NCBI GenBank assembly: GCA_030390025.1
Contig: CM059425.1
Coordinates: 164,240,001-164,304,000, forward strand
Reading direction: 5' to 3'
Source of the DNA: Squalus acanthias
Taxonomy: Eukaryota
DNA length: 64,000 nucleotides
The notes under the pieces: model-generated
The model's input: the letters and a program-made list of their open reading frames with translations, nothing else
Told to the model about the DNA's origin: nothing
Databases searched by the model: none
Translations under genes and position numbers: made by a program
In this document: piece by piece, positions 37,288 to 47,962 of the stretch
How the letters are laid out: every line of letters starts with the position of its first letter
Position numbering within the stretch: the stretch's first letter is position 1

Positions 37288-40200
37288 ACATAAGAACATA
37301 AGAACATAAGAAATAGGAGCAGGAGTAGGCCAATCGGCCCCTCGAGCCTGCTCCGCCATTTAATAAGATCATGGCTGATCTGATCCTAATCGCCAATCTA
37401 CTATCTATCACAGAACCATCTCCTGCATCTAACAGAATTGCACACACGAAATAGGAGCAGAATCAGGCTACACGGTCCCTGGGCCCGCTCCACTACCCAC
37501 AGGGCCATGACCGGATCCGAACCTAGACTCATGTCCAAATTCCTGCCCGCTCCCCGTAACCCTTAATGCCCTTTACTTCTAGGAAACTGTCTATTTCTGT
37601 TTTAAATTTATTTAATGATGTAGCTTCTACAGCTTTTTGTGGCAGCATATTCCATGGACCTACCACCCTCTGAGTGAAGTAGTTCCTCCTCATCTCAGTT
37701 TTGAAAGAGCAGCCCCTTATTCTAAGACTATGTCCCCTAGTTCTAGTCTCACCCGTCATCGGGAACATCCTCCCCGCATCCACCCGATCCAACCTCTTCA
37801 CAATCTTATATGTTTCAATAAGATCGCCTCTCATTCTTCTGAACTCCAATGAGTAGAGTCCCAATCTACCCAACCTCTCCTCATATGACCACCCCCTCAT
37901 CCCCGGGATTAACCGAGTGAACCTTTTTTGCACTGCCTCGAGAGCAAGGATGTCTTTCCTTAAGTAAGGACACCAAAACTGTATGCAGTATTCCAGGTGC
38001 GGTCTCACCAATACCTTGTACAACTGAAGCAATACCTCCCTATTTTTATATTCTATCCCCCTAGCAATGAAAGCCAACATTCCATTTGCCTTCTTAATCA
38101 CTTGCTGCACCTGCATACTAACCTTTTGAGTTTCGTGCACCAGGACCCCCAGATCCCTTTGCACTTCAGTACTCTCCAGTTTCTTGCCATTAAGATAATA
38201 AATTGCTCTAGGATTTTTCCTGCCAAAGTGCATCACCTCACACTTTCCAGTGTTGTATTCCATCTGCCAAATCTCTGCCCACTTACTTAGCCTGTCTATG
38301 TCCCCTTGCAGGTTTTTTATGTCCTCCTCACTCACTACTTTCCCTCCCATCTTTGTATCATCTGCAAATTTTGATATGTTACACTTGGTCCCTTCCTCCA
38401 AATCGTTAATATAGATTGTAAAGAGTTGGGGACCCAGCACTGACCCCTGTGGAACACCACTAGTTACTGATTGCCAGTCTGAGAATGAACCATTTATCCC
38501 AACTCTTTGCTTTCTGTTAGATAGCCAATCCTCTATCCATGCCAGAATATTACCCCCAATCCCGTGATTTTTTACCTTAAGCAATAATCTTTTGTGTGGC
38601 ACCTTGTCAAATGCCTTTTGGAAGTCTAAATACACTACGTCCACTGGTTCCCCTTTATCCACTCTATATGTTACTTCCTCAAAGAACTCCAGCAAATTTG
38701 TCAAACATGACTTCCCCTTCGTAAAACCATGCTGACTTTGTCCTATTAAATTATGATTATCCAAATGTCCTGTTACTGTTTCCTTAATAATGGACTCCAA
38801 AATTTTACCTACCACAGATGTTAGGCTAACCGGTCTATAGTTACCAGCCTTCTGTCGACTGCCCTTTTTAAATAAGGGTGTTACATTAGCAGTTTTCCAG
38901 TCTGCCGGGACCTTAGCGGAATCCAGGGAGTTTTGAAAAATTATTACCAATGCATCTACAATCCCTACCGCTACTTCCTTCAAGACTCTAGGATGTAAGC
39001 CATCAGGTCCAGGTGATTTATCCGCCTTGAGTCCCATTATTTTACCGAGTACCACTTCCTTAGTGATTTTGATCGTGTTTAGCTCCTCTCCCCCTATGAG
39101 CCCCCTGTTTGTCCAGTGTTGGGATATTCTTAGTGTCCTCTACTGTAAAGACTGATACAAAATATTAATTCAATGTTTTTGCCATCTCCATATTTCCCAC
39201 CATTAATTTCCCGGTCTCATCCTCTAAGGGACCAACATTTACTTTAGCCACCCTTTTTCTTTTTATATAACTATAAAAACTCTTACTATCTGTTTTTATA
39301 TTTTTTGCTAATTTACTTTCATAATCTATCTTCCCTTTCTTAATCAATCTTTTTGTTATTTTTTGCTGCCTTTTAAATTTTTCCCAATCCTCTGTCCTCC
39401 CACTAGATTTCGCTACCTTATATGCCCTTGTTTTTAGTCGAATACTATCCTTAATTTCTTTACCTAGCCACGGATGACTGTCTTTTCTTTTACACCCTTT
39501 TCTTTTCAGTGGAATATATATTTTTTGGAAGTTGTAAAATAACTCCTTGAATGTACACCACTGATCATGTGTCGTCTTACCCTTTAATCTATTTTCCCAA
39601 TCCACTCTACTCAATTCCGCTCGCATACCTTCATAGTCTCCTTTATTCAAGCTTAGCACGCTTGTTTGAGATCCAATCTTCTCACCCTCTAATTGAATAT
39701 GGAATTCAACCATGTTATGGTCACTCATTCCAAGGGGATCCTTTACTAGGACATTTTTAATTAATCCTGTCTCGTTACACAGGACCAGATCTAAGGTTGC
39801 TTGCCCCCTGGTCGGTTCAGTTACATACTGCTCAAGAAACCCATCCCTAATACACTCAATGAACTCATCCTCAAGGCAGCCCTGCCCCATTTGATTTGTC
39901 CAATTAATATGATAGTTAAAATCCCCCATAATTATAGATGTTCCCTTATTACATGCCTCAACTATTTCCTGATTGATACTCCGTCCAACAGAGTTGAAAC
40001 TGTTCGGAGGCCTATAGACTACGCCCACTAGTGTTTTTTTCCCCTTATTATTCCTTATCTCCACCCAAACTGTTTCATTATCATGATTTTTTGACCCAAT
40101 ATCATTACTCTGTATTACAGTGATTCCTTCCTTTATTAACATAGCCACCCCACCTCCCCTTCCTTCCTGCCTGTCCTTCCTGATCGTTAAATAACCTGGT

Positions 40201-40482
40201 ATGTTTAATTCCCAGGCATTGTCACCCTGCAGCCATGTTTCTGTAATGGCCACAATATCATAACCATATGTAGTTATTTGTGCCATTAACTCGTCTATTT
40301 TGTTACGAATGCTACGTGCATTCAGATAGAGAACTTTCAAATATGCTTTGTGGCACTTAGTTCCTGCTTTTTCACTTTTTACCACTTTACCTTTTACTCC
40401 ACACACTCTGTCCCTTCCTGCCATGCTCTGATTTGTGATTCCCCTACTGCTACCTATGTCTGTGACCCTCTCTGTTGTCATT
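37288..40482 (-). mobile_element. Young CR1 LINE, near-intact ORF2
   Basis: EN 40481-39165 and RT 39055-37529 are separated by one stop and one frameshift; (AACATAAG)n tail; sits inside a plus-strand CR1 3' fragment (37210-37287, 40500-40628). Confidence 0.95.
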
Positions 40483-40667
40483 TTTATTTTTTGCTCTCTT
40501 GATGGTATTAAGGGATATGGGGCAAAGGCAGGTATATGGAGTTAGGTCGCAGATCAGCCATGATCTCATTGAATGGCGGAACAGGTTTGACGGGCTAAAT
40601 GGCCTACTCCTGTTCCTATATTCCTATGAGGGGTCCTGACGGAACCCAAACTGAGCATTGGTGAGCA

Positions 40668-43186
40668 AGTTAATACCATATTCCCGCTCTCCCCTCATAC
40701 CCCTTGATGCATTTTGTGTCTAGAAATCTATCTATCTCCTTCTGAAATATATTCAGTGACTTGGCCTCCACAGCCTTCTGTGATAGAGAATTCCACAGGT
40801 TCACCACCCTCTGAGTGAAGAAATTTCTCCTCATCTCAGTCCTAAATGTCCTACCCCGTATCCTGCGACTGTGTCCCCTCGTTCTAGACCCCCCAGCCAG
40901 GGGAAACATCCTCCCTGCATCCAGTCTGTCTAGCCCTGTCAGAATTTTATACATTTCAATGAAATCCCCTCTTTCTTCTAAACTTGAATGAATACAGGCC
41001 TAGTCGACCCAATCTCTCCTCATACGACAGTCCTGCCATCCCAGGAATCAGTCTGGTGAACCTTCGCTGCACTCCTTCTATGGCAAGTATATCCTTTCTT
41101 AGGTAAGGAGACCAAAACTGCACACAGTACTCCAGGTGTGGTCTCACCAAGGCCCGGTATAACTGTAGTAAGACATCCTTGCTCCTGTACTCAAATCCTC
41201 TTGCAATGAAGGCCAGCATACCATTTGCCTTCCTAACTGCTTGCTGCACCTGCATGTTTGCTTTCAGTGACTGGTGTACAAGGACACCCAGGTCGCTCTT
41301 GTACATCAACATTTCCCAATCTATCACCATTTAAATAATACTCTGCCTTTCTGTTTTTCCTACCGAAGTGGATAACTTCACATTTATTCACATTATACTG
41401 CATCTGCCATGTATTTGCCCACTCACTCAACTTGTCTAAATCGCCTTGAAGCATCTTTGCATCCTCCTCACAACTCACAATTCCACCTAGTTTTGTGTTG
41501 TCAGCAAACTTGGAAATATTACATTTGGTTCCCTCATCCAAATCATTGATATCTATTGTGAATAGCTGGGGCCCAAGCACTGATCCCTGCGGTACCCCAC
41601 TAGTCATCGCCTGCCACCCCGAAAAAGACCCAATTATTCCTACTCTCTGTTTCCTGTCTGTTAACCAATTTTCAATCCATGCCAGTATATTACCCCAATC
41701 CCATGTGCTTTAATTTTGCACACTAACCTTTTGTGTGGGACTTTATCAAAGGCCTTCTGAAAATCCAAATACACCACATCCACTGGTTCTCCCTTATATA
41801 GTCTACCAGTTACATCCTTAGAAAACTCTAATAGGTTTGTCAAACACGATTTCCCTTTCATAAATCCATGTTGACTTTGTCTAATCCCGTTGATATTTTC
41901 TAAATGTCCTGTTATCACATCCTTTATAATAGACTCTAGCATTTTCCCCACTACTGATGTTATGATAACCGGTCTGTAGTTCCCTGTTTTCTCTCTCCCT
42001 CCTTTTTTAAATAATGGGGTTACATTTGCCACTTTCCAATCTGCAGGAACTGTTCCATAATCTATAGAATTTTGGAAGATGACAACCAATGCATTCACTA
42101 TTTCCATGGTTACCTCTTTTAGTACTCTGGGATGCAGATTATCAGGCCCTGGGAATTTATCGGCTTTCAGTCCCATTAATTTCTCCAGCACTATTTTTTT
42201 TACTAATACTAATTTCCTTTAATTCCTCCTTCTCACTAGATCCTTGGTTCCCTAGCATTTCTGGGAAGTTATTTGTGTCCTCTTCCGTGAAGACGGAACC
42301 AAAGGGGGCAATTTTGTTAATGGGGGCGCGTTGGAGGCGGGACCGCTGCTTGGCGGGTCAATGTCCCGCCTCCATCGATTTGTGGCCAACCCACGCTATT
42401 TTCCCTTGATTGACCTTGTTAAGCCCGCCCAGCGGGCTTAGCAGGCCAATTGAGGGAAAGCCGGTTGCAGAGCACGTCAATGTATGACGTTTCATCTGTC
42501 AAAAACTTTTGACAGATGAATTGTCATCGTTTGACAGCTCTGTGAAGCTGTCAAACAGTGACATTCTCTGCAGTTTAATGAGGTCTTGAATATAAGACCT
42601 CATCAAACTTCTTTCTTTTGCAGAAATGAGTTGGTTGTTGCATCTGAGAATGCAACGGCCACCTGTCATTCTCAACGCGGAGGTCTGAGACTCTCCGCAT
42701 ACAAACCGACTGAAGCCTGCAGGAAGAAACAAAGGTAAGTACACTTTTAATAACACTTTGCACTTACTTCAGATACTCACCTCTACACTCTCGCACCCAT
42801 CACTTACCTTCACACCACACTTTTGCACCCCCCCCGACCCCCACAGACCCAGTACTCGCCTCGCTGAGCTGGCGTGTTTTGGAGCCTTCGGGAAGCCGCA
42901 CTTGTGAGGGCAAAAAGGGGATAATCCTATTTTCTGCCTGTTAACTACCTGTTAACAGGCAGTTAATAGGCTTTAATCCCTTCCTGCCTCCAAGGAGACG
43001 GGACCCGGCGTGGGACAGCTACCCACCTCCTAGGAAGATGGCATGGAGGCGGGTTGGGGCGGGTTGGGCACCCGCCCCCAAATTCTGCCATTTTCCTGGT
43101 AGTCCCCCCTCCCCAGGGCTGGCAAAATTGCCCCCAATGTATTTGTTTAATTGCTCTGCCATTTCCTTGTTCTCCATTATAAATTC
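40668..43186 (-). mobile_element. CR1 LINE RT region, frameshifted, split by a MITE
   Basis: ORFs 41661-42191, 41233-41607, 40956-41330 and 40670-40954; MENKEMAEQLNKY upstream of the MITE. Confidence 0.93.
42304..43135. mobile_element. Non-autonomous Harbinger-type element (832 bp)
   Basis: 13-bp TIR GGGGGCAATTTTG / CAAAATTGCCCCC; TSD AAA/AAT. Confidence 0.88.
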
Positions 43187-43737
43187 AAAACAATCTTTTA
43201 AAAAAAAGAAAAAGGGTAGTAATTTATTGCTGGGTGCTTCTGACTTGAAATTTGAAACTAACAACTATGTTCCTTCTCCACAGGTCTCTCATGAAGCAAT
43301 AGTTAAACTCTGACTAACTTGAGCCTATGTTTGCCTAACAACAATTAGACTTTGAACCTTAAAGGGACATTGATTTATAGAAACAGAACAATATATATAA
43401 CTCTAGAAAAAAAGCACATCGCCTGACTTACCATAAGAAACACCACGGAGATCTGTTGAAAAACTTTATTTTATTTTAACCACTGATGCCATGATTCAAA
43501 AATAGATGTGAGACCTTGCAGATCTTCAACCTCACAGAATACCTGAATCTTTCAGCTAATTTAGAAGGAATTCACTATTTTCTGTATAATCATGTAAGTA
43601 AATAGTGAGGCACAACTATCTTTATTTATTACAGATATTTACGATACCTGGCATTAGTCTACCACAGTGATATTAAAATATATTTTGGACAATGTTGTCA
43701 TAGAATACAAGATCCTGGCAAAGCAAGAATTGAAGAG

Positions 43738-44165
43738 TGTCTGCCTTGGCTCAGAGGTAGCACACTTGCTTCTGAGTCAGAACATTGTGGGTTCAAGCCC
43801 CGCTGCTGAGACTTCAGTGCAGTACTGAGAGAGTGCTGCACTGTTCGAGGTGCTGTCTTTTGGATGAGATGATAAACCGAGGCTCTATTTGCTTTCTCAG
43901 GTAGATGCAATAGATCCCATGGCATGTTTAAAAGAGCACGGGAGTTCCCCTGGTGTCCAGGCCAATATTTATCCCTCAACCAAGATCACTAAAAAACAGA
44001 TTATCTGGTCATGCATCTCATTACTGTTTGTGGGACCTTGCTGTGTGCAAATTGGTGTTTGTATACATTACAACAGTGACTACACTTCAAAAAGTACTTC
44101 ATTGGCTCTAAAGCATTTTGGAATGTCCTGAGGTAGTGAACATCACTGTTTAAATGCAAATCCTT
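43738..44165 (+). mobile_element. DeuSINE-like SINE (partial copy also at 44345-44490)
   Basis: tRNA-like head CCTTGGCTCAGAGGTAGCAC..GGGTTCAAGCCC, core and tail. Confidence 0.85.
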
Positions 44166-44995
44166 TCCCTTTCCTTTCAATAAGAAACTTTTCTCATCAT
44201 GGCATGGATTATTGCTTGGTTGTACAGCCTAATCAAATAATTAATTTGAACACTGCAGCAAAAATGTGAAATAAATATAAGAATGCAGAACCAGTAATTC
44301 AACATACGTTTTCTGATTGAGGCTTGAAACCACTGCTCACTGCTAGTTGTGGAACCTTGCTGTGTGCAAACTGGCTGCCATGTTTGCCTACATTACAACA
44401 GTGACTATACTTCAAAAGTACTTCATTGATTGTGAAATGATTTGGGATATTCTGAGGAAATTAAAGGTGTTAAATAAATACAAGTTTTTTCTTTATTTAC
44501 TTGTAGAGCACAGATTAAACCTTCATATTCAACTTGTATGGGGAGTTATTACTAACCCTAATCCATTGATCTGAAAAACAATTGTCTTAAGATATTAATT
44601 TTAACTCTGTTTTCTGGAATACTTGAGGAGTACAAATTAACTACTAATCTAGTTTGAGCTTGAGTTTATTAATGAATGGAGTTATTGAGCTTAAAAGCTT
44701 AGAAACAAAATATTTTTCACCTGTGTTTTATATCTCCATTTCAGATTGTTTAATCTATTGCCAACAGTTATTGCCAAACCAACCTTAAAGATCTTTGGTC
44801 GTTCACTTTGAAAATATGTTACCCTTCTATGAGGGCATGTGCCTTCTATTTTTCCTTGCTTTTGTTGTGAGCTCCTTTGGGTCCTGAACCTCCCACAGCC
44901 CAGAGACCAGGGCAGATGACTTGGTCAGGCAAGTGGGGTCTGATAGAAATTACATAATCCAATTTTGTGAACCGATTTAAAACTAGAACAGAATG

Positions 44996-45890
44996 TGGAA
45001 AAATTCTAAATTGGTTGCGCCTCCCATTAGCGCCTTAAGAGGGCGCTAATGGGGCGCAAAGCAACTAGCACCCGGGCACGGCGATGTTTGCGCCGCTCGC
45101 GAAATTAACTAGACATTTTGCGGCGGCGCTAAACACTACCGCCACGATCTCCTGCACCGGCAGATCGTGACGTCAGTCGAGTGCGCAACGCCCCGGTAGC
45201 GCCCTGGAGCGGATATTGAGTGGCGCCCCCTGCCTTACTGCCTGCCTCTAGCAACGGCAGGTTGAGGGGAGCGTTTTGCAGTCAGGAAGGGACTAGGGGA
45301 GCGCTATTTAAAGGCGACCGCTTCCTGCCTTTTTTTGTTGGTGACATTTTTGAACCACGCATTCTGAGAGAGAGAGAGAGAGAGATTTCTGGAGAGATTC
45401 AACGCTGTGTGAAGGAGTTTTGGGTACTCAGCAGCACTTTGCAGGTTCATTTTGATTTGCCCTTCCTTGTATCAATTTAGAAGAGACTGTGGGGGCTGCA
45501 CTCTGAGCTCTTTCCCTGGGCCTCTCCATTGTTCTTTCCAGCAGATTTGATGTACAGGTCTCTCCAGGCCGAGATTCAAGGCTGCAATGAGCAGGATGTG
45601 GATGGAAAGCAAGATCAACCCTCCCCTTTAAGAACTGGCCGGCGCCATTGTGTCTGTGTTCCATTGCTGACTGACATCACATGAGCTTCGCCAGCACTCT
45701 GAGTTAGCGCCTCGCTCCTCGGCCTTTGCGCCTTAAGACAGATGTGTAGCGCCTGATTTAGCGCTCCAATCACCTCCAAGGGCGATAAAAGTCAAGTTTG
45801 CAGTCGGAGGCGATAATTAGCGCCAGGCGCTAATCTTTGCGCCTGGCCGATAATTGCGCCTCAAATGGGGCGATACTGAATTTCTCCCCC
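44996..45890 (-). mobile_element. Older inverted copy of the 893-bp Harbinger MITE
   Basis: Reverse complement of 8256-9148 with more divergence; end AATTTCTCCCC. Confidence 0.88.
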
Positions 45891-46049
45891 AATGAATTTA
45901 GGAAAGTTGTCTTGCTTGTACCTTTTGGAATGGTAAGGGTGGATGTACTAATCTAACAACCACTGCAAGTTGATCTTCAAGGTGAAGCTATTTCAGCTTC
46001 AAAATGATAAAAGGAAAGTGCATTGTGTGATACACGACCATCATTAAAA

Positions 46050-46842
46050 TCTTTCAGCATTCCGAAGAGACTGCTCCCTCCGCGACACCCTGGTCCACGC
46101 CTCAATCACCCCGAACAGCCCTTCTCCTTCACCTGGCACCTTCCCGTGCAAGCGCAGGAGATGCAACACATGCCCTTATACCTCCTCCCTTCCCACTGTC
46201 CAGGGCCCCAAACACCCCTTCCAGGTGAAACAGCGATTTACTTGTACTTCTTGCAATTTAGTATACTGTATTCGCTGCTCACGATGCGGTCTCCTCTACA
46301 TTGGGGAGACCAAACGCAGATTGGGTGATCGCTTTGCGGAACACCTCCGTTCAGTCCGTAAGGGAGACCCTGAGCTTCCGGTCGCCTGTCACTTTAATTC
46401 TCCGCTTCACACCCACTCTGATCTCTCTGTCCTTGGCCTACTACATTGTTCCAATGAAGCTCAACGTAAGCTCAAGGAACAGCACCTCATCTGTCGATTA
46501 GGCACTTTACAGCCATCTGGCCTCAACATTGAGTTCAACAATTTCAGACAATAACCCCTACCCCCATTTTTCATGCTGTATGATTTTGCCATTCTCATTT
46601 GCAACATTTTATCTTTCCTGCCTCCTACATAAGCACAGTATGTTCTTTCAATTCCTTCCTCCCCTCCTAAACACCCCCCTCCCCCCCGCCCCCCGTCTCT
46701 GCACCTGCTTAAAATCTGTTACATCTCCAGCTTTTTCCAGTTCTGATGAAGGGTCCCAGACCTGAAGCGTTAACTCTGTTTCTCTCTCCATGGATGCTGC
46801 CTGGCCTGCTGAGTATTTCCAGCATTTTCTGTTGTTATTTCA
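46050..46842 (+). mobile_element. Penelope-like element 3' end: GIY-YIG endonuclease plus terminal repeat
   Basis: FTCTSCNLVYCIRCSRCGLLYIGETKRRLGDRFAEH...GLNIEF (46225-46554); terminal repeat with hammerhead motif at about 46738-46775. Confidence 0.92.
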
Positions 46843-47749
46843 TCATTAAAACCTCTGTCCTCTGGTGTTTGGAGATGACAAAACTACTTGCATTTATACA
46901 ATGCCTTTAACTTTTAAATGTCCTAGAAGCAGAATGGACGGTGAGCAGCAGTTGAGAAGAATTTGGAGAGGTGATTGAATGCATGGTAGAGAAAGAACCA
47001 GATGGTCGGGGATTAGGGAAAAAAGTGTTTCAGAGTATAAGGGCAAAATGGCTGAAGGCTCTGCCAACAATAGCAGAACAGGAGGAGGGCACGGGTGGGA
47101 GTACAAATAAGTCTACAACAATGCAGTCCTTAGTGAAGACGTGACTCCAGGATGGTATGTTGCCTCCCTGGTGCCAGGGTCAAGGATGTCACTGAACGGC
47201 TGCAGGGCATTCTGAAGGGGGAGGGTGAACAGTCAGAGGTCGTGGTTCACATTGGTACCAACGACATAGGTAGAAAGAGGGATGAGGTCCTGCAACAAGA
47301 ATTTAGGGAGCTAGGTAGCAGATTAAAAAGCAGGAGCTCAAAGGTTGTAATCTCTGGATTACTCCCGGAGCCACGTGCTTGTGAGTATAGGAATAGGAGG
47401 ATAGAGCAGATGAATGCGTGGCTAAAGAGTTGATGCAGCAGGGAGGGCTTTAGTTTCCTGGATCACTGGGTCTGTTTCTGGGGAAGGTGGGACCTGGACA
47501 AGTCGGACGGGTTGCATCTGAACCAGAACGGGACCAACATCCTTGCGGGGAGGTTTGCTAGTTGGGGGGGTTTAAACTAACTTGGCAGTGGGATGGGATA
47601 TGGAGTGGAGCTATAGTACGGGGTGATGCACAACCAAATATAGAGGAAAAAACAAGTCAGTCTGGAAGGCAGAGCAAATATGTAACGGCACAAGGGAGTA
47701 TGGCAAGGCTGGATGGCATTTATTTTAATGCAAGGAGTCTTACGAGTAA

Positions 47750-47962
47750 TGATGCGGAGATGCCGGTGTTGGACTGGGGTGGACAAAAGTGAGAAGTCGC
47801 ACAACACCAGGTTATAGTCCAACAGTTTTATTTGAAATCACAAGCTTTCGGAGCTGCTGCCCCTTACTTCACCTGACGAAGGGGCAGCAGCTCCGAAAGC
47901 TTGTGATTTCAAATAAAACTGTTGGGCTATAACTTGGTGTTGTGCGACTTCTCACTTTTGTC
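47750..47962. mobile_element. 213-bp hairpin insertion derived from a Penelope-like terminal repeat
   Basis: 84-bp inverted arms 47782-47865 and 47879-47962; TSD TTACGAGTAA (47740-47749, 47963-47972). Confidence 0.85.
47869..47906 (+). ncRNA. Minimal type I hammerhead ribozyme
   Basis: TCAC-CTGACGA-A-GGGGC-AGCA-GCTCC-GAAA-GC-TT-GTGA: stem I TCAC/GTGA, intact CUGANGA and GAAA cores, 5-bp stem II, palindromic stem III AAGCTT. Confidence 0.8.

Noticed and set aside
43738..43810. tRNA genes at SINE heads (also about 28280-28350, 53425-53490, 53778)
   Set aside because: A/B boxes run directly into SINE bodies and there is no complete cloverleaf.
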